Assembly (NCBI GenBank): GCA_963812135.1
Contig: CAWETU010000001.1
Location: forward strand, 2,112,001 to 2,176,000
Reading direction: 5' to 3'
Length of the DNA stretch: 64,000 nucleotides
From: Vulcanimicrobiota bacterium
GTDB taxonomy: Bacteria > Vulcanimicrobiota > Vulcanimicrobiia > Eremiobacterales > Eremiobacteraceae
Shown piece by piece: positions 39,565-50,256 of the stretch. Below the pieces are notes generated by a model. The model made no database searches. It had not been told where the DNA came from and saw only the letters and a program-made list of their open reading frames with translations. The number at the start of each line of letters is the position of its first letter. Positions within the stretch are counted from its first letter, which is position 1. The translations under genes were made by a program, and so were the position numbers.

Positions 39565-40023
39565 ATGGATCCGCTTGAGAACTTCAAGTTCCGCGTGATG
39601 TGGGATGGGCGTTATGTGGCCGGCGTGAGCAAGGTGAGCGCGCTGCGGCGCACCACTGAAGTCGTCCAACATCGCGAGGGCGGCGATTTCGGAATCATTC
39701 GAGAGCAGCCTGGCCGCGCCAAGTACGAACCGATCACGTTGGAGCGCGGCATCACGAACGACACCGCATTCGAGCAATGGGCGAACCTCGTGAACAACCC
39801 GACCGGCCCCGGCGCCGCCAACTTCCGAAAGGACATCCTGATCGATCTGTTCGATGAGGCGGGGCGCAAAGTGCTCTCATATAAGGTCTATCGCTGTTGG
39901 GTCTCAGAATATCAGGCCTTGCCCGATCTCGATGCGGACGCGAACGCGGTCGCGATCGAACATATCAAATTGGAGAATGAGGGCTGGGAGCGCGACACAC
40001 AAGTCGTCTGGCCGGTGGAATAA
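39565..40023 (+). CDS. phage/eCIS tail tube protein (T4 gp19-like), orphan
   Basis: DP..NFKFRV.WDG..VAG.SKVS.L.RTTEV..HREGG, PGR.KYEPITLERG, FRKDI.I, CW.SEYQALPDLDA, IE...L..EGWERD. Confidence 0.9.
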   Translation: MDPLENFKFRVMWDGRYVAGVSKVSALRRTTEVVQHREGGDFGIIREQPGRAKYEPITLERGITNDTAFEQWANLVNNPTGPGAANFRKDILIDLFDEAGRKVLSYKVYRCWVSEYQALPDLDADANAVAIEHIKLENEGWERDTQVVWPVE

Positions 40024-40038
40024 GTTCGACACGGAAAG

Positions 40039-40077
40039 TGAAAGGAACCTCGGGCGAGGTGCCCGAGGCTCCTTTCA
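40039..40077. terminator. perfect 17-bp stem-loop, probable bidirectional terminator
   Basis: TGAAAGGAACCTCGGGC-GAGGT-GCCCGAGGTTCCTTTCA between convergent genes. Confidence 0.75.
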
Positions 40078-40103
40078 TGCGCGCATTTTGAACGCGTTCG
40101 CCC

Positions 40104-40811
40104 TTATTGGCGTGCCGGAGGACCCTGGCGCTGTCCGACGACGCGGCCGATAACCGGCGACGACTCCGTCGCGGGCCCGTAACCCCAGATGCCGTTGAAG
40201 CTCTGGCCGTCATCGTTGAACCAGAACGAGAACCAGCCGGTCTGTGTCTTGCTCGTCCAGGTATAGCGCACTTTGTCGGAGGTCCGGAATTTGCCGTTCA
40301 GCGTGAGATTGCTGACTTGGCAAATCGAGGTCGGACCTGACTGAGTGCAGCTCGTCGGACCTTGGAACAGCGTCGGACCGGTTACGACCGTCATATTCCA
40401 CGTGCCGGCCGTGGTGATCTTGACCGGCGGCAGGATCTTATTGCCAACGAACGAGCCATTTTCTTTTTTGCCGTTGTAGCCCCATGACCCATTAAAACTG
40501 TGGCCGTTGGGTGTGACGTAGACAGTGGCCCAGCCCGCGCCCGAATTGGGGCCGGTCGCGATCTTCCATGTGGCGTTGAGCTTCGAATCGCTCACAAACG
40601 TGCCTGTGAACGATCCGCCGTTCGCAGCGTTCGTGCCCACGACCCCATTGCCCGATTGGGTCAGTGTTATTGTGGCCGTTGAGCTGCCGTTCTTACCGGT
40701 TTGCTCGACAGTCCATTTACCGGTGAGGTTCGGCGGAGCCGCGAGAGCCGCGGCGGTCGAGATCGCTGCAATAGCAACGACGAGAACGAGGGATAGTGAA
40801 AAACGTTTCAC
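40104..40811 (-). CDS. secreted protein with two tandem small beta-barrel repeats
   Basis: AAGGAG RBS; LTGKW..GW....NG.SFNGSWGY and TAGTW..GW....DGQSFNGIWGY. Confidence 0.75.
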   Translation of the reverse strand: MKRFSLSLVLVVAIAAISTAAALAAPPNLTGKWTVEQTGKNGSSTATITLTQSGNGVVGTNAANGGSFTGTFVSDSKLNATWKIATGPNSGAGWATVYVTPNGHSFNGSWGYNGKKENGSFVGNKILPPVKITTAGTWNMTVVTGPTLFQGPTSCTQSGPTSICQVSNLTLNGKFRTSDKVRYTWTSKTQTGWFSFWFNDDGQSFNGIWGYGPATESSPVIGRVVGQRQGPPARQ

Positions 40812-41115
40812 TCTTAGTCTCCTTCAAGTTTTAGAGTTAGGATCGGTCTTTCAGGAAAGCGCCGTGATATACCCGCGCCGGGGAGAGCGCGAACGCTGAT
40901 GCTACCAGCGATGTACGCGTAAAGTCGCGCAAACCAACTTGGCTGCTCCTATGTTCTTGCGCAAGGTCCCCAAGCGTACCGATGCAGGGGACGGCCGCAT
41001 GTATTCGACAAGCCCCGACCGAACCGGCGCGACGGTCTTAGGAACGTTCTGATCCTCCGCTTCCGTTTGAATGGGTGGGTGATTGTACCCGTTCTTTTTC
41101 GAGGAGAGTATCGCG

Positions 41116-41622
41116 ATGAAGTCTCTGCCTAGATTGCATTTACTCGTCGCCGCATTGTCCCTTTGCGCGCTTGCGCTGGCTGGTCCGCTTCCCGGAAGCG
41201 CGAGCACGACCACGACTGGAAACGCAGCGGGAAACAACGTGGCGCATCCCCTCGTGGTCCCCCGCCCTTCTAACCTTCGCCAACCGGCCAACAGCGCCGA
41301 CTGCGTCAGCCACGTCTACAACGGCGGCGCAGGGTACTACGAGCACATCGCATATGGCTGCTCGCACCCGACCGCCAATTATATCTACATCGTGTGGGAC
41401 TACTCCGGCCCCCGGCCGCACGACGGCTATCACGTCTATCGCACTGACTCCGGACGGCAAGACTACGGCATTCACAACGACGGCACGGTGGCGCAGATCT
41501 ACTACGCCGGCGGCCGCGCGTGTTTCGTCGTCACTGCCGTCAACGGCACGACCGAGTCGCCGGACAGCAATCAGTTCTGCATCTACCCTGTGGCCGCGCC
41601 GATGCACGTCGTGCCCCACTAG
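41116..41622 (+). CDS. secreted FnIII-like Cys-containing protein
   Basis: GAGGAG RBS; W.Y....DGYHVYR, CF.VTA.NG..ES..SN. Confidence 0.7.
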   Translation: MKSLPRLHLLVAALSLCALALAGPLPGSASTTTTGNAAGNNVAHPLVVPRPSNLRQPANSADCVSHVYNGGAGYYEHIAYGCSHPTANYIYIVWDYSGPRPHDGYHVYRTDSGRQDYGIHNDGTVAQIYYAGGRACFVVTAVNGTTESPDSNQFCIYPVAAPMHVVPH

Positions 41623-42509
41623 CTGTGGTGCTTGAACTCGTTCTTGTCGAAATACCACGGCGGGATGTCCGCCGGAAAACCAAAATCGTGAAAGGTGTAT
41701 TCGTAGTGGCCGCTATCGCCGAACGGGCCGACGTGCACTTCGCCGTCGCCGATCGCGTGCGCGATAAGCCAATACGGCCCGACCTTCTCGAACTCGACGA
41801 GCGCGTCGAGCGTCCCATTGCCGGGACCCTTCGAACCTGACGCGTGCGCGTGCGCGCGCCAGACGTCGAAAGTCGTCGTGTCCACCCACAGGTCTTTGAA
41901 CGGATGCGCGCGCTCGTCGCGCAGCGCGTGCATCGCGAGATGGTAGACGGGCTTGCCGTTGTAATCCTCGATGCCGACCAGCTTGACCGAATAGTAACGG
42001 TCGCCGACCACCGGCTGGACCGTCAGCACGGGCGGCGGCGTTCGGCCTGAGGGCAGCGGTCCGGGCGTGCTCGTCGGCGGCGGGGTCAGCGCTGGATCCG
42101 GCGTCGCATATAAGAGGATGTCGTTGTCGGGAGCCGAGGGGAACGGGTAGCCGAAATACGTCTCGGCGCGCCCGTAGCGGTCCTTGCTGATGTTCTGCAT
42201 GAGGCCTTTGCCGTCGCCGCGATACCAGACCCGGTAGTCGTACTCTTCGCGCTGCCAGTGATGGTCGAAGAGCTCGTGCATCTGGTACGTGATGAAGTAC
42301 GGGTGTTGGTGGGCACGCGTCGCCCTCTCGGCGTTGATCATGATCTGATCGGCGCTGAGCTCCTCGACCTCGACGGGCGTCGGCCGAACGGTCGGAGTGG
42401 GAGTGGGAGTGGGCGTCGGCCTTGGCGTTGGAGTCGGCGCGCCGACCGCGACGGCGGCAGCAGCCAAGGTCAGCGCGGCCAAACCCGCGGCAGCGATGAA
42501 GTTCCTCAC
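41619..42509 (-). CDS. secreted hypothetical protein with Pro/Thr linkers
   Basis: Signal peptide, PTPTP, YHL......LWVD.TF motif. Confidence 0.75.
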   Translation of the reverse strand: MRNFIAAAGLAALTLAAAAVAVGAPTPTPRPTPTPTPTPTVRPTPVEVEELSADQIMINAERATRAHQHPYFITYQMHELFDHHWQREEYDYRVWYRGDGKGLMQNISKDRYGRAETYFGYPFPSAPDNDILLYATPDPALTPPPTSTPGPLPSGRTPPPVLTVQPVVGDRYYSVKLVGIEDYNGKPVYHLAMHALRDERAHPFKDLWVDTTTFDVWRAHAHASGSKGPGNGTLDALVEFEKVGPYWLIAHAIGDGEVHVGPFGDSGHYEYTFHDFGFPADIPPWYFDKNEFKHHS

Positions 42510-42547
42510 GATGATATGACGTCTTTCGACGCAAATGATACGAGCGC

Positions 42548-45500
42548 ATGCAGCGATTCGAACCGACCGAGCAACAACGGGCCGTCATCGACCACCGGGG
42601 CGGCCACGCACTCGTCTTCGCCGGCCCAGGCACCGGCAAGACCGAGACGCTTGCTCGGCGGTTCGCTTCGTTGGTGGTGGACGACGGCGTCGACCCGAGC
42701 GCGATCCTTGTTTTGACCTTTTCTCGGCGCGCCGCGGAGCAGATGCTCGAGCGCGTGGTCCAGCGCTTGCGCGAGCGCACCAGCAAAGAGCTGGCGGTGA
42801 GCGAACTCTTCGTGCGCACCTTTCATAGCTTTTGCGCCCGGCTGCTCGACGGCGACGGTCCGCGCTTTCGCGAGCGCAATCTGCTCAGCCCGATCAAGGA
42901 GCGGCTTCTTTGGAAACGCGTGGCGGCGCGCGTGCCGCTGCGCTCGTTCGATCCCGAGGTTCGTACAAGCCCGGCGTTCGCCGCCGACGCGCTGAACCTG
43001 ATCGCGCAGCTCAAAGGGCAGGGGCTGAGCCCGTCGGACGTCGAGGACGCGGCCAAGCGCGACGGCCGCTTGCACGACATCGCTGCGCTCTACCGCGAGC
43101 TTGACGCCGAGCGCAGGCGATTGCGCTTGTCAGATTTCCGCGATCTCGTCAAGGACGCGCTCGACGCGCTGACGCTGCCCGACAGCCCCGCGTCACGCTG
43201 GCTGCACGCGCGCAGCGGTTTTGCGCACATCCTGGTCGACGAGTTCCAGGATAGCGACGCGCTGCAACTGCGTTTGCTGGAGATCTTGGCCGGACCTCAC
43301 CGCAACGCAGCGCATCCGGTGCCGGAGATCTGTTTCGTCGGTGATTTCAACCAATCGATCTATCGCTTTCGCGGCGCCACGCCGAAGAACATCGAGATCG
43401 TGCGCGAGACCTTCGCCTGCCGCGAGCTCACGCTCGATCTCAACCGGCGTTCGGCGCAAGCGATTTTGGACGTCGCCAATGCGACGCCGCAGCTCAAGCC
43501 CGAATCGCTGACGCAGGCGGAGAATCAGTCATTGGAAGGCAGCGTGCAGCTGCGGCGCGCGACCGATCCCGACAGCGAGATCGCGCTCGTCTGCGACTCG
43601 ATCGCGGCGCGCGTCCGGGCGGGCACGCCGCCCGGAGAGATCGCCGTGCTGCTGCGCGTGAGCGAGCCCTATCAGAGTTTGATCGTCGGCCAGCTCGATG
43701 CGCGCGGTATTCCCGTCGCGGCGCGCCCGTCGGCCGGTTTTCTCGAGGATCCGGTGATCGCCGCAGTGCTCGACACGATCCGGCTCACCGCAGACCTCGA
43801 GGACTTCGACCGCTGGACGCGCGTGCTCACCAATCCGCTGATCGGCTTTGGCCAGCTTTCGGTCAGTCTCGCGTTCGATGCGGCGCGCCGCTTCGGGATG
43901 CGCAACGCGTTTGTCGCGCTACGCGACAATCCGCCGTCCGGGCGGCTTGCATTCGAGGATTTCTTGCGGCACTGGCGCGCGGTCGAGGCAGAAGCGCGTT
44001 CGGAAGAAAGCGACATCGCGTCGCTGATCGCGACGATCGCACGCGAATTCGACCTGTTGCGGCCGGTGCGCTCTGGCGATATCCCGCCCGGCTGGGACCC
44101 GCGCTCTTCACCGGCTCGCCTTGGTTCGCTGGTGGATGCCGCGCGCGACCTGCAGTCGATGGCATACGTGTTGGGCGACGGGCGCATCAGGCCCGCGGAA
44201 TTTGTCGACAGCATTGAGGAGGTCGCAGGGCTGCTTGGGGATCCGACGCAGATCCCGCCACTGGATAGCGGCGGCGTCCGCGTGATGTCGATCCATGCCG
44301 CCAAAGGGCTTGAGTTCGATGAGGTGGTCATCCCGCAGGCGATCGACGGCGTGCTTCCCCAGCGCGAACGCGGCCACGCATTGCTGTCGAACGCCTCGGT
44401 GCGCGCGCTGCACGCCAAGGCGGCGACCTTTGTGGCGACGCCCGAAGAGGCATATCAAGAGGAGTGCTCGCTGTGGTACGTCGCGCTCACTCGCGCGCGC
44501 CGCCACGTGCTGGTCACAGCGGCGGAAGCGGACGCCGACGATATCGAGCTGCCGCTCTCGGTGTTCGCGCATGCGATCAAGGACGCTGCAGCGGCGCCCG
44601 CGCTTCGCTCAGGCGCGGGACTCGAGCTGCGCTCGGGTGCCGGTCGAATCAATTCGACCGCTGCATTTGTGCCCGTGCAGGAGCGACGACCGCTCACCCA
44701 TGTCATCGATCACCTGTCGCCCACCGGCGTGGGAACCTTCCTCGCGTGCCCCCGGCGCTTCTTCTATAAGGAAGTATTGCGCTTGACTCGAAGACCGCGA
44801 TGACGAAGGAACGCTGCTCGGACGATTGTTGCACCGTGCGCTCGCGGCATTCCATACCGAGGAGCGCGTGTTCGGCCCCCGGCCCGATCTGGACGCTTGT
44901 CGCGCGCGTTGGAGCGAGTCGCTCTCCACGTTGGCCGAGGCCGCCGCCGGCACGGTGGCGACCGAAGCGGGTTTCGCGCCGGATTCGAGCTTCATGCGCT
45001 ACCAGCTCGCGCTCGCGCGCCAATATCTGGCGGACTACGCGGCGCACCTCTCACGTGAGTCTATCGCCGCGCCGTTTGAGGTGCTCGCGTGCGAACAGCG
45101 ATTGGAAGCGGAGATCGGCGGCGTGCGCTTCACCGGTCAAGCCGACCGCATCGATCGGCTCGCGGACGGCACGCTGGCGATCCGCGACTACAAGAGCGGC
45201 AGACGCTATGGAAAGCTTGCGGTCGCAGTCCGCAAGGCGTTGGAGCGCATCGACAACGGCGAGCAGCTCGCGGGCGATGCGCCCGAGGGGCTCAACCTTC
45301 AGCTCTTGCTGTATATGCCGGGCGCGCAGGCGCTCTATGGGGCGCCCGTTTCGCGCGTCGAGTTCATCTATTTCCGCGGCGAGGGCGAGGGGGACGGATT
45401 GCTCGCCGATACGGTCCAGATCGTCGCGGATGGTTCGGCGCGCGCGTCGGATAACACGCTCACCGCGGCGGAGGCTCACCGCGCGCAGACCGAGATCGCG

Positions 45501-45626
45501 GCTTCAGTCGCCGCGGCGTGCGCGGACGGCAGCCTGGACGCGTTCGTCACCGCCGTCGACATCAAGACGTGCCGCTTCTGCGGTTTCGTGCGGGCGTGCC
45601 CCGGCCCGTTGGCGGTCGCTCAATGA
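42548..45626 (+). CDS. UvrD/SF1 helicase + PD-(D/E)XK Fe-S nuclease (AdnA/AddAB-like), +1 frameshift at ~44786
   Basis: AGPGTGKT, TFSRRAA, VDEFQD, GDFNQSIYRFRGA, IHAAKGLEF, YVALTRAR; nuclease CPRRF, ADRID, DYKSG, QL..Y, CRFCGFVRAC. Confidence 0.88.
44641..44665 (-). repeat. intragenic in-frame REP copy (2 mismatches)
   Basis: CGGTCGAATCAATTCGACCGCTGCA, encoding GRINSTAA. Confidence 0.85.
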
Positions 45627-48600
45627 ATCCGATGTTCGATTTCTCATCGAATCCGATTTCGACCGAACAGCAGCTCGTGCTCGAGCACCCTATCGACAAG
45701 CCGGCGCTCGTCGACGCAGGTGCGGGCACCGGCAAAACGCACACGATCGTCAATCGCGTGGCGTATCTCCATGAGAGCGGGCTGTGCCGCGCCAAAGACA
45801 TCTTGTTGCTCACGTTCGCGCGCAAGGCCGCCGCCGAATTGCGCAGGCGGACGTTGGCGCGCCTTGGCCCGACGATCGAGCCCCCGCATTGCTCGACCTT
45901 CCACGGCTTCGCGTCAAGCCTGTTGCTGGAGCATGCCTACGATCTCGGCGTGTCGCCGGACAGCACCGTTATCGAAGACGTCGACGCGCGCCTCGAATTC
46001 CGTGCTGCGATGGACGACGTCATCCATAACCCGCACGCGGATGCCCACGCGTTGCCGCTGCGCTCGGCTCGGCGCGACGATCTGCGCGCCGGTCTGTTCG
46101 CGATCGCACAAGAGCTGAAGGAACAGGACATCGAGATCGACGCATTCGAGCGACAAGCGCTCGCGGCCGCCTCGTCGATCGAATCGATACCGTATCGCGA
46201 GATTCACAAGCGCACCGAGGGCGGCAGCGTCTCGTCCGTCACGCAAGCGCACACGACCGACGAGGGGCTGCGCCGGGAAGTAATGGAGGCGCAAGCACGC
46301 GTGCGCGCCGCGGCCGCGATCTTCCGCCGTTATCACGAGCGCTTAGCGCGCCGTTTTGCGCTCACGTACGCAGACCTCTTGCGGCTCGCGCGCCGGGGCA
46401 TCGAAGAGGATCCGAAACTGGCAGCGGAGCTGCGCGGCCGATTCCGGCATTGCATCGTCGATGAGTTCCAGGACACCAACGACGCGCAGTGGCGGTTCTT
46501 GCAGACGCTCTTCGGCGCCGGACTCGAGCGCGTCACGGTGGTCGGCGATCCGCGCCAAAGCATCTTCGGCTTCATCGGCGCGACGCCGGCGAACATCGAG
46601 CGCTTCGGTTCGACCGCCGGCGCCAAGCGATACGCCCTGTCTGAAAACCGGCGCTCGCGCCAAGAGATCCTCGATCTGGCGCACGCGATCATCCGGCAGC
46701 AATCGGACGACGCCAAACCGTTGGCGGCGAGCAGAGGAGCGTCGGGCTCCCCCAACGTCCATGTGTCGAGCAGATGGGCGACCCCGCAGCTGCCCCGTCC
46801 GCGCGCGGAGCAGAATCGCCACGCGCAGGCGCGCGCAGTGGCGGCGCGCATCAAGACGCTGCTGTCCGGCGGGATGCCGCCGCAACATATCGCGATCCTC
46901 ACGCGCAACAAGACGCAGATCCAAGCGTTCACCGCGGCGCTGGTCGCCCACGACATCCCGTTCCGGCTGCTCGGCGGCGCCGGATTCTACGAGACCGCCG
47001 AGGTGGTCGACGCACTGGCGTGGCTGATGCTGCTCTCAAACCCGCTCGACGGCCAGGCCGTGGCGCGCTTGTGCGCATCCCCAGCATGCGGCTTGTCCGA
47101 CGCGGCGATGACGACGCTGGCCGCGGGGCTCGACCGGGATGACTCGGCGTTCGCGCGGCGCGCGCTCGTCGAACCGATACCCGAGACTCTGGATCCCGAC
47201 AGCCGGCGGCGCCTCGAGCGTTTGCGAGCAAATCGTCGATGCGATCGAACCGTACGCCTCGGCGTCGCTGCGCATCGCGTTTCCGGAGATGCTCGCGCGC
47301 ACCGGGCTGTTCGAGACCTACGCGCGCAGCGGCGACACGCAGGCGACGGCGAACCTGCTCAAACTTGGGAAGCTGGCGACGGCCTTCGTGGAGCGCAACC
47401 GGGAAGCGCAAGCCCGCGATTTCGTGCACTATATCGAAGAGCTCAAGCGCATCGACTTCGACGACCGCGAAGCGGATCCGCCGGCGAGCGATGCGGTCAC
47501 CGTCATGACGATCCATGCAGCCAAAGGATTGGAATGGCCGGTCGTCTTCGTCATCGACGTCTGGCCACGCGTCTTCCAGCCGCCGATGATCTGGCGCGAT
47601 CCGCTCACCGGCGCGCTGCTGTGCATGGAAGGCGCGGACGGCAACAAGCCGTTTCATGCCGTGGCGGCCAAACTGCGGCCTGATCACGAAGGCATCGCGC
47701 CGCACGAGACCGAGCTTGAGGAAAGCGAGCGCGACGCGGAAGAGCGCAGGTTGTTCTATGTCGCGTTGACCCGCGCGCGCGACGAGCTCTACATTTTGGG
47801 CGGCAGCCAGTACAGCGCGAAAAATCCCGGCGGCAGGCCGCATGAGTTCATCGCCGAGATCGAGTCATGGATGACTATCCGGGGCTGGCCGATCGACGAG
47901 CCGGTACCGGTCGGTTGAAAAAGTCGGTCGAATAAATTCGACCGCTACAGACAGCGCGGAGGACGGTCGAATAAATTCGACCGCTACAGACGGCGCGGAG
48001 CACGGTCGAATACATTCGACCGCTACATCCAAGCCGGCGTTGCCGCCGCTCTCCTTCTCCACCTTGCGCGCGTTCGAGCGCTGTCCGCGCAGCATGACCT
48101 ACGCCGCGATCCTGCGCCTGCCGGACTTGCGCCGCCGCAAACCGGAAGCATCCGACGACGCGCTCGCCGAGGCGATCTCGGCCGACGGCGAGGACGCCGA
48201 TGCGCTGCTGGCATCCGATCGCGGCCGGCTCGTGCACCGCGCGCTCGAACGTTGGGCGCTGTCACAGATCGACGGCGCGCCGAGCGATTCGGCTGCTGTC
48301 TACATCGCCGCGGCGGCGACCGAGTTCGCATTGCGTCTGAAGGGGAACGAATTGAAGGAATCGATCGAGGACGTGCGCGCCGCGATCGACGGGCTGCGCG
48401 ACTGGCGGGTTGTGCGGGCCGAAGCGCCGTTCGTGATGCAATTTGGCGACGCGGTCGTCACCGGTTTCATCGATCTCATCGCGCTCGATGACGCGGGCCT
48501 TCCCGTGATCCTCGACTACAAGACAGGAACAACACCCGTTTCCGAATACGCCTTGCAGCTGGGAATCTATCGCGAGGCCGCGATGCGCGCTTATGGCGTG

Positions 48601-48807
48601 CGCGATCCTCGCTGTGCGATCGGCAGGTTCGAGGGCGGCCGTTTCACGATCGAGATGATCGATGCGCCGGCCGAGCCAGACGTACGAGCGCGTATCGGCG
48701 CGGTCGCGGCGGGCCTGAGCGCTACCGACATTGAACCGCGGCCCGGACGATGGTGCTACACGTGCACGTATCGAGCGGCACCCTGCGATGCGTACCCGCA
48801 CTCGTGA
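45623..48807 (+). CDS. UvrD/SF1 helicase + PD-(D/E)XK Fe-S nuclease (AdnB/AddAB-like), +1 frameshifts at ~47228 and ~47913
   Basis: ATGA overlap; AGAGTGKT, VDEFQDTN, GDPRQSI, TIHAAKGLEW, EERRLFYVALTRAR; nuclease CPRS, GFIDLI, DYKTG, QLGIY, CYTCTYRAAPC. Confidence 0.88.
47925..48027 (-). repeat. three tandem REP copies, 39-bp period, in frame with the nuclease domain
   Basis: Copies at 47925, 47964 and 48003, encoding GRINSTATDSAED-GRINSTATDGAEH-GRIHSTAT. Confidence 0.92.
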
Positions 48808-48810
48808 TCA

Positions 48811-50256
48811 TCATCGCCGCTTTCGCGAGCTCGATCCGCGCGGTCCCTCGGTCCCTTTAAGCGAGGCGAGCGGCTCGAGTTCGTACTCGATCTCCGCCAG
48901 GCCCGCGTTGACGACGCAATCGACCACCTCGCGCGCCGGCTTATAGCATGGGCCGGATTCGTCGATCGGCACGCGGTTGTCAGCGTTGACCAAGATTCCG
49001 GCCGCGCGATAGCGATCCTCGATCTCGCGACGATCGAGGCATTGTATCGCGCGCGAGCGTGACAGCCGGCGGCCGGCGCCGTGATTGACGGAGAAGCCGC
49101 TGTTCTTGGCTGCCGGCAACGGCCGTAGGATGAAGCTGGAATCGAAATTGCTGCCCGGGATCAGCACGGGGTGGCCGGTCTGCTCCCACATCGTGCCCTT
49201 GAGCGCTGGATGCCCTGCCGGAAACGCGCGTGTCGCGCCTTTGCGATGCACCCATACCTGGCCGAATTCGGGGTGCTCTTCGAGCTGCACGAGATTGTGG
49301 CTGATCTCGTAGATCAACTCGAGCGGCTCGCCGAACGTCTCTTCGAACGCCGCGCTGAGCTGTTCGTAGATGATGAGCCGATTGATGATCGCGAAGTTGC
49401 CGCCCGCTGAGACGGCGTTGAGGTATTGCCCGTGGTGGCGCGAGTCGGGCGTGAAGTGACCGAGGTCGAGCTGTGTGTTGCGGTCCGGCCTTTCGGCCTG
49501 CGCAAGATCGAAGTAGTTCGTCGCGAGACCATGGCCGAAGCCGCGGCTGCCGGTGTGCACCTGGACGAACAGCGTATCTGTCTGGATGCAGCGCTGCAGC
49601 TCGATGAAGTGATTGCCGCCGCCGAGGCTGCCCAGCTGTTTCACGCCGCGCTCGGGCCGTCCGCGACCGCCCCATGGGATCTGCCAATCCTCATCGACCG
49701 GCAAGCGATCGCGCTCGGTGCGGCTGCGGTCGACGTTCGAGCGATGATCCGCCATGTAGCATTCCGCGCCGCCGCGCACTAGGCGTTCGAATTCGTTCTC
49801 GCTCAGGCCGGCCAGCGCGCGGCTCTTGCCGCCAGCGCCCATCTCGATGCGCTCGATCACCGCGCGGTTGAACTGCAGGCGCTTGTCCGGCGTCGCCTCG
49901 CTCACCGGCACGTTCGATCTTGCGGAGATCATGCCGCAGCCGATATCGTAGCCGACCGGACCCATCGCGACGGCGCCGTCTTTGGCATCGGTGAGGATGA
50001 CGCAACCGACCGGCACGCCGTAGCCTGAGTGGACGTCGGGGGTGATGACGACGAGCTTCACGCCCGGGAATGCGGTCGCGTTGAGCACTTGCTGGTAGAC
50101 TGTTTCGTCGATGTCCGCCAGCAGCGCGTCGCTCAGGAAGAAACGCACCTCCGTGCCGCGTGTCGCGTCGGTGCGCAACGAATAGAACCCGCGCTCGTCG
50201 CGGCGCAGGTCGTCCATCCACGCCGGCCGTGCGGCGTTGCTCACTTCTTCGGACAT
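48811..50256 (-). CDS. rtcB: RtcB family RNA ligase
   Basis: PDVH.GYG.PVG, GYDIGCG, GSLGGGNHFIE, HTGSRG, SHN, HRKGATRA, NHGAGR, DE...YK. Confidence 0.92.
   Translation of the reverse strand: MSEEVSNAARPAWMDDLRRDERGFYSLRTDATRGTEVRFFLSDALLADIDETVYQQVLNATAFPGVKLVVITPDVHSGYGVPVGCVILTDAKDGAVAMGPVGYDIGCGMISARSNVPVSEATPDKRLQFNRAVIERIEMGAGGKSRALAGLSENEFERLVRGGAECYMADHRSNVDRSRTERDRLPVDEDWQIPWGGRGRPERGVKQLGSLGGGNHFIELQRCIQTDTLFVQVHTGSRGFGHGLATNYFDLAQAERPDRNTQLDLGHFTPDSRHHGQYLNAVSAGGNFAIINRLIIYEQLSAAFEETFGEPLELIYEISHNLVQLEEHPEFGQVWVHRKGATRAFPAGHPALKGTMWEQTGHPVLIPGSNFDSSFILRPLPAAKNSGFSVNHGAGRRLSRSRAIQCLDRREIEDRYRAAGILVNADNRVPIDESGPCYKPAREVVDCVVNAGLAEIEYELEPLASLKGTEGPRGSSSRKRR

Noticed and set aside
39565..40023. 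Prophage or complete eCIS
   Set aside because: No other structural, lysis, integrase or baseplate genes are in the window.
40812..41115. ncRNA in the 300-bp divergent intergenic region (GTCCCC/GGGGAC inverted repeat)
   Set aside because: Only a 6-bp stem, with no recognisable riboswitch or sRNA consensus.
42394..42411. GGAGTG x3 as a phase-variable repeat
   Set aside because: It is an in-frame hexamer encoding a Pro-Thr linker.
44780..47920. Programmed ribosomal frameshifting between helicase and nuclease
   Set aside because: The same +1 lesion type occurs in unrelated genes and within domains, and there is no convincing slippery site; sequence error is simpler.
47925..48027. Mini CRISPR array (25-bp palindromic repeat x3)
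   Set aside because: The spacers are only 14 nt and nearly identical, there are no cas genes, and the same repeat is dispersed singly across the window.
42548..48807. Anti-phage helicase-nuclease system (Gabija-like)
   Set aside because: The tandem UvrD + RecB-type nuclease architecture fits AdnAB/AddAB repair; there is no OLD nuclease or defence-island context.
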